From Syntrophobacteria bacterium (GTDB lineage Bacteria; Desulfobacterota; DSWW01), in NCBI GenBank assembly GCA_030145435.1, contig JAQYVQ010000197.1:1-33362 (forward strand): a stretch of DNA of 33,362 bases, read 5' to 3'. The translations under genes were made by a program, and so were the position numbers. Below, piece after piece: positions 8,265 through 18,223 of this stretch. Within the stretch, counting starts at the first letter, position 1. The number at the start of each line of letters is the position of its first letter. The notes beneath the pieces are model-generated. The model had not been told where the DNA came from and ran no database searches. It saw only the letters and a list, made by a program, of their open reading frames with translations.

Positions 8265-8696
8265 ATGGTTGGGCTTCTTCTCGTTTCTCACGGAAGGATC
8301 GCCGAATCGTTCCTGGAGGTTTCCCTGGAAATCGTCGGACCCGTGAAGGGTGTGCAAGTCGTCTCCTTGGCCGAACCGATCGATGAAGAAAAGGTCATGG
8401 AGGACATCCAGAAAGCACGGAAAGAGATCGACCAGGGCGATGGGATCCTCATCCTCACGGACATGTTCGGCGGTACACCCGCGAATCTCTGTTTTTCTCT
8501 CCTGGAGGATCCGATGGTCCAGGTGCTTACGGGCATGAACCTGCCCATGATCCTGCAGATCCTTTCCTCCCGAAAGGACGCAAGCCTTGCGGAACTGGCC
8601 GGCATCGCCATGCGTTGCGGTAGGGAGAATATCTATCTGGCTCGAGAGATTCTCGAACAACGGGACAAGATGTCGGATGCGAATCGCACGAATTAA
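8265..8696 (+). CDS. PTS mannose-family EIIA component
   Basis: 143 aa. The N-terminus MVGLLLVSHGRIAESF carries the conserved His, and TDMFGGTPAN matches the EIIA(Man) fold pattern. No EIIB/C/D gene is nearby. Confidence 0.85.
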   Translation: MVGLLLVSHGRIAESFLEVSLEIVGPVKGVQVVSLAEPIDEEKVMEDIQKARKEIDQGDGILILTDMFGGTPANLCFSLLEDPMVQVLTGMNLPMILQILSSRKDASLAELAGIAMRCGRENIYLAREILEQRDKMSDANRTN

Positions 8697-8729
8697 CCAG
8701 AGGGCGGCGCTCTCCCGTAAGAAGTTGTC

Positions 8730-8996
8730 ATGGCCGTAAAGGAATTCACGATCAAGAATCGGCTCGGAATTCACGCCCGTCCGGCCGCCAAACTCTCGAA
8801 GATAGCGAATGAGTTCGAGAGCACGATTCGTGTGATGAAAGATGGCCTCGAGGTGAACGGAAAATCGATCATGGGCATCATGATGTTGGCCGCAGCCCAG
8901 TGGAACGTCATCCAGATTGAGGCAGAGGGCCCCGACGAGAAGGACGCCATACAGGCCCTTGGCGAGCTGATTGAGAACAAATTCGACGAGGAATAG
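8730..8996 (+). CDS. ptsH: Phosphocarrier protein HPr/NPr
   Basis: 88 aa. The His-15 site is in GIHARPA and a Ser-46-type site is in NGKSIMGIM. Confidence 0.9.
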   Translation: MAVKEFTIKNRLGIHARPAAKLSKIANEFESTIRVMKDGLEVNGKSIMGIMMLAAAQWNVIQIEAEGPDEKDAIQALGELIENKFDEE

Positions 8997-8999
8997 ATC

Positions 9000-10772
9000 G
9001 TGGCGGGGAGAAAAGAGAGAAAGATCTGGGGTATCGGTGCCGCGCCCGGCATTGCCGAGGGGAAAGCACACGTCCTGGATCTGAGAAAGACCAAGTTCAC
9101 CAAGCGCTACATCCCCGCGACACAGGTGAAGAGGGAGATCAAACGGGTTCAGGGGGCGATCGAGAAATCCAAGGCGGATCTGGTGAAGATCAAGGACGCT
9201 TTGGGCCACGAGGAGATCAACGAACACGTCTACATCTTCAATTCGCACCTGATGATCCTGGAAGATCCCATGCTTCTGGACGCCGTCACCGAGATGATTT
9301 TTTCGGAGAGGAAGAATGCGGAATGGGCCCTGTATACCGCCTTCGACAACTACAAGAAGATGTTCGACACGATTGAGGACGAGTACCTGAGGGAAAGAAA
9401 GTCTGACTTCGACTACCTCAACACTTGGATATTGAAACATCTTTCCGGAAGCGATGAGGATTCCCTTCAGAATATCGACGAGAAAGTGATCCTCTTCGCC
9501 CACTACCTTTCCCCCGCCGACGCGGCCCGCATGAACCGGGAAAAGATCATCGGGTTCGTCACGGATATCGGGGGAAGCACTTCGCATACCGCGATCCTGG
9601 CGAGGGCCTTGAAGATTCCGGCTGTGGTGGGTGCGGAAAGGGCCTCTCAGCTGGTTTCGAGGGGAGACCGGGTCATTCTGGATGGCAGGGAAGGCCTTAT
9701 CATCGTCAACCCGACACGGGAGTCGGCCACACAGTACCGGGAACGAGGTCTCAAGTACGACCACGTGGAGAAGGCCCTCCTCAAGGAAAGAGACCTCCCG
9801 GCAGAGACAATAGACGGTCGGCGGATCTCCCTGACCGCGAATGTGGAAATGGTGGAGGAGGTCCAAGCGGTGCGGGAATACGGGGCGGAAGGAATCGGGC
9901 TCTATCGAACCGAGTTCCTCTGTCTCGGCCAGGGGAGAATCCCGAGTGAGGCGGAGCACTTCCAGGTATACAAGAGCGTATTGGAGCAAATGGCTCCTTT
10001 CCCAGTGACCATACGCACCTTTGATTTCGGATCCGACAAATCACCCAACATCAACCACCTCCAGAAAGAAATGAATCCAGCCCTCGGGTTGCGGTCGATC
10101 CGATACTGCCTCCGGGAGACCGCGATCTTCAAGGACCAGCTTCGGGCCATCTTGCGTGCCAGCCACTATGGGAAGGCCCGGATCCTTTTCCCGATGATTT
10201 CCGGCTTGGAAGAGCTGAACCGGGCGAGGGATCTGTTCGAGGAGGCGAAAGAGGAGGTGGCGAAGAAGAACCAGGCCTTCGACCCGGAATTGGAGATCGG
10301 CATCATGGTGGAGGTGCCTTCTGCCGCCCTCATCCCCGATGTCCTTGCCAAGGAGGTGGACTTCTTCAGCATCGGCACGAACGATCTGATCCAGTATTGT
10401 CTTGCCATTGATCGGGTCAACAAGGAGGTCGCCTACCTCTATGATCCCCTCCACCCGTCCATCCTGCGGCTCTTGAAGATGGTCGTGGAGGCCGGGCACC
10501 GGCAAGGGATTCACGTCGGGATGTGTGGAGAGATGGCCTCGGATCTTCGTTATATCTACATCCTGGTCGGGTTTGGATTTGATCACCTGAGTATGGTAGG
10601 CTCAATGGTTCCGTGGATCAAGAAGGTTGTCCGCTCCATAGATTTCCAGGAGGCCCGGCAGCTGGTGGAGACCTTGCTGCAAGGCAGGGACAGCGCAGAG
10701 AACGAAAGAATTCTCTCCTCGTGGATTCAGGAGAAATCCCCGGACATCAAAGAGAAGGTTCTGAGCGCATAA
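9000..10772 (+). CDS. ptsI: Phosphoenolpyruvate-protein phosphotransferase (PTS Enzyme I)
   Basis: 590 aa with the phosphohistidine loop GGSTSHTAILARALKIPAVVG and a PEP-utilising C-terminal domain (FFSIGTNDLIQY). GTG start 4 nt after the ptsH stop. Confidence 0.93.
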   Translation: MAGRKERKIWGIGAAPGIAEGKAHVLDLRKTKFTKRYIPATQVKREIKRVQGAIEKSKADLVKIKDALGHEEINEHVYIFNSHLMILEDPMLLDAVTEMIFSERKNAEWALYTAFDNYKKMFDTIEDEYLRERKSDFDYLNTWILKHLSGSDEDSLQNIDEKVILFAHYLSPADAARMNREKIIGFVTDIGGSTSHTAILARALKIPAVVGAERASQLVSRGDRVILDGREGLIIVNPTRESATQYRERGLKYDHVEKALLKERDLPAETIDGRRISLTANVEMVEEVQAVREYGAEGIGLYRTEFLCLGQGRIPSEAEHFQVYKSVLEQMAPFPVTIRTFDFGSDKSPNINHLQKEMNPALGLRSIRYCLRETAIFKDQLRAILRASHYGKARILFPMISGLEELNRARDLFEEAKEEVAKKNQAFDPELEIGIMVEVPSAALIPDVLAKEVDFFSIGTNDLIQYCLAIDRVNKEVAYLYDPLHPSILRLLKMVVEAGHRQGIHVGMCGEMASDLRYIYILVGFGFDHLSMVGSMVPWIKKVVRSIDFQEARQLVETLLQGRDSAENERILSSWIQEKSPDIKEKVLSA

Positions 10773-10814
10773 TTGAGTGCGCATTTGGGGCCTGAGATAT
10801 CAACAATGAGCAAG

Positions 10815-10863
10815 TCGCTGTTAGCCCCCGGATCTTCTTTCGTTCCCTAACGGCTAACAGTGA
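10815..10863 (+). promoter_or_regulatory. Strong hairpin in the metK 5' leader (function unknown)
   Basis: 12-bp stem TCGCTGTTAGCC 10815-10826 / GGCTAACAGTGA 10852-10863, including one G-U pair, with a 25-nt pyrimidine-rich loop. It is followed by the direct repeat GAAGGGCTGA at 10862-10871 and 10886-10895. The second copy runs into the metK ATG. Confidence 0.3.
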
Positions 10864-10894
10864 AGGGCTGAAGACGGAAAAGGAGGAAGGGCTG

Positions 10895-12061
10895 ATGCCG
10901 TTGACAAACTTCATGTTCACTTCAGAGTCGGTCACCGAAGGGCATCCGGACAAGATCGCGGATCAGATCTCCGATGCGATTCTGGACGATTTGATCTCCC
11001 AGGACAAGAGGTCCCGTGTGGCCGCTGAGACGCTCGTCACGACGGGCATGTGCCTGGTCGCCGGAGAGATCACGACCGAGGGATACTGCGACATTCCTGC
11101 GATCGTTCGCGAGACGATCAAGGGGATCGGGTACAACGACTCCTCCATGGGGTTCGACTGGGCGACCTGTGCAGTGCTCACCTCCATCGACCGGCAGTCC
11201 CAGGACATCTCGGTCGGCGTTTCGGAGGGGCAAGGGCTGCACGACGAGCAGGGGGCCGGCGATCAGGGCCTTATGTTCGGGTACGCTTGCGATGACACCC
11301 CGGAGCTCATGCCCATGCCGATCGTCTTCGCCCACAATATCACGCGCGGTTTGGCGGATGCGAGACGGGAGGGCCTGCTGCCGTTCCTGAGGCCGGACGG
11401 GAAGAGCCAGGTGACGATCGAATACGTAGATGCGTCTCCGAAGAAGATCAACACGGTGGTCGTGTCCACGCAGCACTCCCCCGATGTGACCCACAAGACG
11501 ATCGAGGAAGGCGTGATCGAAGAGGTCGTCAAGAAGGTGTTGCCCAAGAAGCTCTTGAAAGAGGACGTGATCTATCACATCAACCCGACCGGTCGATTCG
11601 TGGCGGGCGGGCCTCACGCGGATTGCGGCGTGACGGGCAGGAAGATCATCGTGGACACCTACGGGGGCCAGGGAAGCCATGGCGGCGGCGCCTTTTCCGG
11701 GAAGGATCCTTCGAAGGTGGACCGAAGTGCTTCCTACATGGCCCGGTACATCGCGAAAAACATCATTGCGGCGGGCCTCGCGAAGCGCTGTGAAGTGCAG
11801 ATCGCTTATGCGATCGGGGTGGCAGAACCTGTGTCCGTGCTCGTGAATCCTTTCCGGACCGGCAAGATCCCGACGCAGCAGTTCGTCGAGATCGTCAGAA
11901 AGCACTTCCCCCTGCAGCCGCGGGGGATCATCGAACACCTGGATCTGCTGCGCCCGATCTACAAGAAGACGGCCGCCTACGGCCATTTCGGCCGTAATGA
12001 GCCGGAGTTCACTTGGGAGCGAACGGACAAGGTGGAAGAGCTGAAACAGTACCTTCCTTGA
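10895..12061 (+). CDS. metK: S-adenosylmethionine synthase
   Basis: 388 aa with [47 protein letters not shown] and [14 protein letters not shown] signatures. AAAGGAGG lies 8 nt upstream. Confidence 0.97.
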   Translation: MPLTNFMFTSESVTEGHPDKIADQISDAILDDLISQDKRSRVAAETLVTTGMCLVAGEITTEGYCDIPAIVRETIKGIGYNDSSMGFDWATCAVLTSIDRQSQDISVGVSEGQGLHDEQGAGDQGLMFGYACDDTPELMPMPIVFAHNITRGLADARREGLLPFLRPDGKSQVTIEYVDASPKKINTVVVSTQHSPDVTHKTIEEGVIEEVVKKVLPKKLLKEDVIYHINPTGRFVAGGPHADCGVTGRKIIVDTYGGQGSHGGGAFSGKDPSKVDRSASYMARYIAKNIIAAGLAKRCEVQIAYAIGVAEPVSVLVNPFRTGKIPTQQFVEIVRKHFPLQPRGIIEHLDLLRPIYKKTAAYGHFGRNEPEFTWERTDKVEELKQYLP

Positions 12062-12122
12062 GGGGAAGGGTGACGGCAGGACAAACGAAACAGTGAAATC
12101 GAGCGAAGGAGACAAGGGAAAG

Positions 12123-13379
12123 ATGGAATACGACGTTCAAGATATCGCGCTGGCCGACAAGGGCAAACTCCGCATCGAATGGGCCAACCAGACCATGCCC
12201 GTTCTGAACCTGATCAAGGAAGAATTCCTGGCGAACAAGCCCCTGAAGGGGGTCCGGGTCGCTGCCTGCCTGCATGTGACCACGGAGACGGCGAGCCTGA
12301 TGGACGTCTTGAAATGCGGCGGTGCGGACGTGGCCGTTTGTGCATCGAATCCCCTGAGTACGCAGGATGACGTGTCCGCTGCACTGGTCAAGCATTTCGG
12401 AATCCCTGTCTTTGCCAAGAAGGGGGAGGACGACAAGACCTACTACGAGCACATCCACGCGGTCCTGGACAAGAGGCCGCAGATCACGATGGATGACGGG
12501 GCGGACCTCGTGTCGGTCATCCACAAGGAGAAGACCGACCTGATCGATGACATCATAGGGGGGACGGAAGAGACGACGACCGGTGTGATCCGATTGCGAA
12601 GCATGGCCGAGACAGGCGTGCTGCGCTATCCGATCGTCGCGGTGAATGACGCTGAGACGAAGCATTTCTTCGACAATCGGTACGGAACCGGCCAGAGCAC
12701 AATGGATGGGATTCTGCGTGCTACGAATCGCTTGATCGCGGGTTCCAAGTTCGTCGTCTGTGGATATGGTTGGTGCGGGAGAGGCGTTGCGATGCGGGCC
12801 AGGGGCATGGGAGCGAATGTCATCGTAACCGAGGTGGATTCGCTTCGGGGCCTGGAGGCGGTCATGGACGGTTACCGCGTGATGCCCATCGAAGAGGCTG
12901 CCTCAAAGGGAGACTTCTTCTGTACCGTAACCGGCGACATCCATGTGCTCCGGAAAGAGCATTTCCTGCGGATGAAGGATGGGGCCGTCGTGTGTAACTC
13001 CGGGCATTTCAACGTGGAGATTGATCTGGAAGGGCTCAGGGAAGTGACGAAAGAAAACAGGGAGATGCGGGATTTTGTGGAGGAGTACCTCCTCGAGAAC
13101 GGCCGGAGAGTCTACGTCCTGGGAGAAGGGCGCCTGATCAACCTTTCGGCCGCGGAGGGTCATCCTTCGAGTGTGATGGACATGAGCTTCGCCAATCAGG
13201 CCCTTTGTGCGGCCCATTTGCTTAGCCACGCGAAAGACCTCGAGAACAAGGTATATGGCGTACCCCGCGCGATCGACGAGCGGATCGCACGGCTCAAGCT
13301 GGAATCGATGGGCGTCCGCATCGATGCCCTGACGGATGAGCAGAAAACCTACCTTGCCTCCTGGGAACAAGGGACCTGA
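12123..13379 (+). CDS. ahcY: Adenosylhomocysteinase
   Basis: [21 protein letters not shown]... is followed by [10 protein letters not shown]-like blocks and the NAD-binding motif GYGWCGRG. I prefer the internal ATG 12123 over the track start 12093. Confidence 0.95.
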   Translation: MEYDVQDIALADKGKLRIEWANQTMPVLNLIKEEFLANKPLKGVRVAACLHVTTETASLMDVLKCGGADVAVCASNPLSTQDDVSAALVKHFGIPVFAKKGEDDKTYYEHIHAVLDKRPQITMDDGADLVSVIHKEKTDLIDDIIGGTEETTTGVIRLRSMAETGVLRYPIVAVNDAETKHFFDNRYGTGQSTMDGILRATNRLIAGSKFVVCGYGWCGRGVAMRARGMGANVIVTEVDSLRGLEAVMDGYRVMPIEEAASKGDFFCTVTGDIHVLRKEHFLRMKDGAVVCNSGHFNVEIDLEGLREVTKENREMRDFVEEYLLENGRRVYVLGEGRLINLSAAEGHPSSVMDMSFANQALCAAHLLSHAKDLENKVYGVPRAIDERIARLKLESMGVRIDALTDEQKTYLASWEQGT

Positions 13380-13394
13380 CGCGGCAGAGCCGCG

Positions 13395-13475
13395 AGGGTT
13401 CAGGGATCGGGGGTCAGTCCCCATCCCCGCCTGCCAACGTGACCCATTCCTGGAGTGAATCCCTGAGTCCTGGAG
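13395..13475. repeat. Family-B (G-rich heptad) inverted-repeat element, copy 1 (ahcY-mobB spacer)
   Basis: (GTTCAGG)(GATCGGG)(GGTCAG) is followed by TCCCCATCCCCGCC. A 13-bp stem joins 13395-13407 to 13459-13471, with core TCAGGGAT/ATCCCTGA and two G-U pairs. The direct repeat TCCTGGAG occurs at 13448-13455 and 13468-13475. Confidence 0.55.
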
Positions 13476-13482
13476 GGTTTCC

Positions 13483-14019
13483 ATGATTCCGATTGTGTCG
13501 ATCGTGGGCAAATCGGACAGCGGAAAAACGTTCTTGATCGAGAGATTGGTCTCAGGACTCACCGCAAAGGGATACCGGATCGCGACGATCAAGCACGATG
13601 TCCACGGGTTCGAGATGGACCGGGAGGGAAAAGACAGCTGGCGGCACAAACAGGCAGGCGCTTCGGCCGTCGTCATCTCCTCCCCGAAGAAGATCGCCAT
13701 GATCCAGGATGTGGAAGAAGAAGAGAGCCTGGAAACGATACGGGATGCATGGATTCGAGATGTGGACCTGATCCTGACCGAAGGTTACAAACGGGCCGAC
13801 TACCCGAAGATCGAGGTCTCCCTGTTTGCGGGTTCAAATCAATTGCTCTGCACCGAAGCGCAACGTCTCGTGGCCGTGGTGGCCAATCACGACGTCTCCC
13901 GGGATGTTCCGGTCTTTCGCGAGGCGGAGATCCCTCGATTGGTGGATTGGGTGGAAGAACGGTATATCAGGGATCAGGGATCAGGGGTCGGGGGTCAGGG
14001 CCCCGCCCCCCTTACTTGA
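13483..14019 (+). CDS. mobB: Molybdopterin-guanine dinucleotide biosynthesis adapter protein MobB
   Basis: 178 aa. MIPIVSIVGKSDSGKTFL contains the Walker A motif, and KHDVHGFEMDREGKDSWRH is typical of MobB. The last ~17 codons (IRDQGSGVGGQGPAPLT) and the stop are read from repeat B2. Confidence 0.85.
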   Translation: MIPIVSIVGKSDSGKTFLIERLVSGLTAKGYRIATIKHDVHGFEMDREGKDSWRHKQAGASAVVISSPKKIAMIQDVEEEESLETIRDAWIRDVDLILTEGYKRADYPKIEVSLFAGSNQLLCTEAQRLVAVVANHDVSRDVPVFREAEIPRLVDWVEERYIRDQGSGVGGQGPAPLT

Positions 14020-14023
14020 TCCC
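13966..14023. repeat. Family-B heptad array, copy 2 (mobB 3' end / mobA start region)
   Basis: (ATCAGGG)(ATCAGGG)(ATCAGGGG)(TCGGGGG)(TCAGGG) is followed by CCCCGCCCCCC. TGATCCC 14017-14023 is the inverted match to GGGATCA in the array. The G-run/C-run can form a very GC-rich hairpin at about 13984-14010. Confidence 0.6.
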
Positions 14024-14042
14024 TTCGGACGGGGCTCGTGGT

Positions 14043-14688
14043 GTGAGCGAGAAGAGAAACTCGAGGGAGGTCGCAGAGCATGCAGGGATAGCCTGCAGCG
14101 GTGCGGTCCTCGCAGGAGGAGAGAGTCGCCGCTTCGGGCAGGACAAGGCCCATGCGATACTGGCGGGAAAGCCCCTTGTTTCCCACGTGGTCGAGACGCT
14201 GCAAGCCCTCTTCGAAGATGTGCTGATCGTGACGAATGAGCCTGTTTCCTATGAGCATTTCGACGTAACGGTGGTCTCCGACATCGTAAGAGGGGCCGGT
14301 TCGCTGGGCGGCCTGCTGACCGCGCTCGTTCACGCGAAGGCGGAGCGATGCTTCGTCGTCGCCTGTGATATGCCCTTCCTGAATCCCACTTTGATCCGGA
14401 GAATGCTCGGAAGGTGCCAAGGATTCGATGTGGTCGTGCCGGACCTGAAGGGCGAACTGCAGCCCCTTCACGCCATCTATTCCAAGAGATGCATCGGCCA
14501 CATTCAGGAGCGGATTGCAGAGGGGGAGTTCCGAATCTTCGATTTCTATCCGGAGGTACTGACCTTCCACCTCGAGGAACGCGTCTGTCGGGAGGTGGAT
14601 CCGGAGAACCGGAGCTTCGCGAACATCAACACGCAGGAAGAGCTGACGAGAGCGCGGCGATGGATCGAAGGCCTGGAGCAGAAAAACG

Positions 14689-14705
<17 letters not shown>
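14043..14705 (+). CDS. mobA: Molybdenum cofactor guanylyltransferase MobA
   Basis: GAVLAGGESRRFGQDK is the MobA nucleotide-binding motif, and the DMPFL block is present. There is no in-frame ATG near the motif. I propose GTG 14043, with GACGGGG 8 nt upstream. The 13749 track start only extends the frame back through mobB. Confidence 0.8.
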
Positions 14706-15609
<904 letters not shown>

Positions 15610-15651
15610 AGGCAAAAGGGGTTCTAAACGGTTTGCTTGGGGGGGGACATA

Positions 15652-16551
15652 ATGAGCTTACTCGTGGTCGGATCTGTTGCCCTGGATTCCGTGAAGACGC
15701 CCTTCGGGGAGATAAAGGAAGGACTGGGAGGGTCTGCAACCTACTTCTCGATCGCTGCAGGGTGTTTTACGAAGGTGAGGTTGGTGGCGGTGGTGGGAGA
15801 GGATTTTCCTGCCAAGCACGTGTCGTTCTTGAAGTCCCGTGGCGTGGATTTGAGGGGACTCTCGCGGGCCAAGGGGAAGACCTTCCGATGGAAGGGTTTC
15901 TACGGCGATGACATGAACGAGGCAAAGACGCTGAGGACGGACCTGAATGTGTTCGAGACCTTCAGGCCGGAACTGCCGCCCCCGTACAGGGATACCCCCT
16001 TCGTCTTTCTCGCCAACATCGACCCGGACTTGCAGAGGAATGTGGTCGACCAGATACCGGACCCATACCTCGTGGCCTGCGATACGATGAACTACTGGAT
16101 TTCTTCAAAACCGGAAGCCCTGCGCAAGACCCTTTCTCGGGTGGACATCCTTTTTGTAAACGAGGGAGAGGCCCGGCAACTGGCCGGAGGGAGCAACCTC
16201 CTGAAGGCAGCTCGGCGCCTCTTATCCATGGGACCCTCGACCGTGGTCATCAAGAGGGGAGAGTACGGAGCGCTACTCTTTCGCAAGGACAGCCTCTTCT
16301 GGGCCCCTGCCTACCCCCTCGAGACCGTGAAAGATCCTACCGGGGCCGGGGATTCTTTTGCGGGGGGCTTCATGGGCTATCTGAGTCGCCGGAAAGGGCT
16401 CACAGAGACCAGGCTGCGAAGGGCATTGATATACGGCAGCATCATGGCTTCCTTCAACGTTGAGGCCTTCAGCCTCAATCGATTGCGAAAGATCAAACGT
16501 GAGGATGTGGAACGGAGATTTCGAGCCTTCCGCGGGCTCGTTCGATTCTGA
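15652..16551 (+). CDS. PfkB-family (ribokinase-like) sugar/nucleoside kinase
   Basis: MSLLVVGSVALD at the N-terminus and the PfkB signature DPTGAGDSFAGGF near the C-terminus. The substrate cannot be assigned from sequence. Confidence 0.85.
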   Translation: MSLLVVGSVALDSVKTPFGEIKEGLGGSATYFSIAAGCFTKVRLVAVVGEDFPAKHVSFLKSRGVDLRGLSRAKGKTFRWKGFYGDDMNEAKTLRTDLNVFETFRPELPPPYRDTPFVFLANIDPDLQRNVVDQIPDPYLVACDTMNYWISSKPEALRKTLSRVDILFVNEGEARQLAGGSNLLKAARRLLSMGPSTVVIKRGEYGALLFRKDSLFWAPAYPLETVKDPTGAGDSFAGGFMGYLSRRKGLTETRLRRALIYGSIMASFNVEAFSLNRLRKIKREDVERRFRAFRGLVRF

Positions 16552-16556
16552 TCGGT

Positions 16557-17411
16557 TTGGGGGCGGATGAGCCGTTCGGATCCGACTTGCTGAGGGAAAA
16601 AGTGGAGAAGCTGGGGAAATACCTGAGGGAGAATCGCGAGGCCAAAGGCATCACCCTCGAGGAGATCGAACAGGTCTCGAACATAAGCCTCACCTACCTC
16701 CGTGCCCTGGAAGCGGGGCAAGTCCACGTCCTCCCGGCTCCGACGTTCACGGTCGGGTTTCTTAGGCAATACGCCCGGTGCATCGGACTCGACCCGGAGG
16801 AGGTGGTCCTGCGCTACCGGACGGCCACCCAGGAGGGAGGAGGGCGGTTCCGGGAACCTTCGAAGGAGAAGATGGGGCGGGGGGGGAGGCGGCGGTCGAT
16901 CTGGGGCCTGGGGGCCAGCCTTCTCTTCCTCGGGCTGTTGTGGGCGGCCCTCTACCCGGGCAGGGAAATGACAGAGGAGCGCGTTCGCACGATTCGTATG
17001 CCCCGGACTTCTCTTAAGGAGATCAAGAAGGAGCAGCTGAAGAGGGACCTGGGACTCCTCGAGGAGGCCCCGCCCGACGAGGCTTCCCATGAGGGAGCGG
17101 TCACGGGTATGGAGGGCCCCGACGGAGGGGAAGGGGAGGCGCAACAGGCCCTCCCGAAGACGGGTGTGGTGGAAGTCATCTTGCAGGCCCTCGAAGAGAC
17201 AAAGGTTCAGATCATACTGGACAATGGTTCTCCATACGAGGAAGTGCTCGAGCCGGGAGATCGGCATTCCTGCCGGGCCAAGAAGAGGGTGAAGCTGCAG
17301 ATCGGAAACGGAAGCGGCGTGAGGATCTTCTACAATGGAAAGGTGTACGAGAACCTGGGCAAGAAGGGTGATGTCGTGCACATCAGCTTCCCCCCATCGG
17401 GTGCCGGATAG
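16557..17411 (+). CDS. RodZ-like helix-turn-helix membrane protein
   Basis: N-terminal XRE-type HTH (KGITLEEIEQVSNISLTYLRALEAG), a basic stretch plus one TM segment (IWGLGASLLFLGLLWAALY), and a C-terminal DUF4115-like beta domain (QIILDNGSPYEEVLEPGD...IFYNGK). The TTG start is uncertain. Confidence 0.7.
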   Translation: MGADEPFGSDLLREKVEKLGKYLRENREAKGITLEEIEQVSNISLTYLRALEAGQVHVLPAPTFTVGFLRQYARCIGLDPEEVVLRYRTATQEGGGRFREPSKEKMGRGGRRRSIWGLGASLLFLGLLWAALYPGREMTEERVRTIRMPRTSLKEIKKEQLKRDLGLLEEAPPDEASHEGAVTGMEGPDGGEGEAQQALPKTGVVEVILQALEETKVQIILDNGSPYEEVLEPGDRHSCRAKKRVKLQIGNGSGVRIFYNGKVYENLGKKGDVVHISFPPSGAG

Positions 17412-17443
17412 CCCGCTGAAGGGTGTTTTGGGAGTGGCCAAGC

Positions 17444-18223
17444 ATGCCACGCTATCAGGGTCCAGCCTTTGTTCTGAAGAAATGGGATCTGGGCGAGTCC
17501 GACCAGCTGGTCAGCTTCCTGTCCTCCAGTCGGGGGAAGCTGAGGGGGATCGCGAAAGGGGCCAAGCGAAGCAAGAAGAGGTTTGGCGGACTTCTTTCGC
17601 CGTTCCTGCTCGTTGACATCGAGTGTTTCGAGAACCCGAACCGTGACCTCGTAAGGATTGAACGATGTTCGCTGATTCATTACTATGCTTCCATCTACGG
17701 GGACCTCGAGAAGCTGCTCGTCGGTTGTTGCGCACTCGAGTTCCTGGAGCGCGTACTCCCGGAACGAGGCTCACAGGAAGACTGGTTTCAACTTCTGCAA
17801 AGTTCTCTGGAGTGTTTGAATCAAAGGGCGGAGACAGGCCCTCTGTTATGGGTCTTCTTCGCGAAGGCCTTGAACCTGCTCGGGCTTCAGCCTCAGTTTG
17901 GGCAGTGCATCCACTGCAGACGCCGCCTGGGCGGATCCGGAGTGTTCGGGTTTTCCGTGCCCCACGGGGGGGTCGTCTGTGGCGCCTGCATACAGAAGGG
18001 GACGGCCACGCACCGGGCCGCCTCGGACACCCTTCGGCTGCTGGATAGCTGGGTGATGCTGCCGGTCGAGGAGGGGATCTCCACGGTAGACGGGAGAAAC
18101 CGATGCGTTCGTGAGGCGGCGAGAATCCTGGAGGCCTTTTTTGTTTACCATGTGGGGCGGGAGCTTCGATCGCTTCGAGTGATGAGAGAGGTCCTTGCGG
18201 ACAGGAGAAAGGTCAAAGGTTAA
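17444..18223 (+). CDS. recO: DNA repair protein RecO
   Basis: MPRYQGPAFVLKKWDLGESDQLVSFLS forms the OB-fold N-terminus. A Cys4 zinc motif is present (CIHCRR...CGAC). The tail RKVKG and stop TAA 18221-18223 lie inside repeat A3. Confidence 0.85.
   Translation: MPRYQGPAFVLKKWDLGESDQLVSFLSSSRGKLRGIAKGAKRSKKRFGGLLSPFLLVDIECFENPNRDLVRIERCSLIHYYASIYGDLEKLLVGCCALEFLERVLPERGSQEDWFQLLQSSLECLNQRAETGPLLWVFFAKALNLLGLQPQFGQCIHCRRRLGGSGVFGFSVPHGGVVCGACIQKGTATHRAASDTLRLLDSWVMLPVEEGISTVDGRNRCVREAARILEAFFVYHVGRELRSLRVMREVLADRRKVKG

Noticed and set aside
8166-9989. 607-aa minus-strand ORF
   Set aside because: It is entirely antisense to rapZ, EIIA(Man), ptsH and ptsI, all of which have clear family motifs. 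Its Arg/Pro/Gly/Leu-rich low-complexity translation has no recognisable domain. This is a typical stop-poor antisense frame of GC-rich coding DNA.
12062-12122. SAH riboswitch upstream of ahcY
   Set aside because: Only about 60 nt are available, and I see no stems or conserved SAH-element features. metK-ahcY are probably simply co-transcribed.
13749-14042. ATG-initiated 318-aa version of mobA starting inside mobB
   Set aside because: The first ~98 residues are an out-of-frame read of mobB and repeat B2 and are Arg/Gly/Pro-rich. The MobA homology starts only at about 14090. I prefer the GTG start at 14043.
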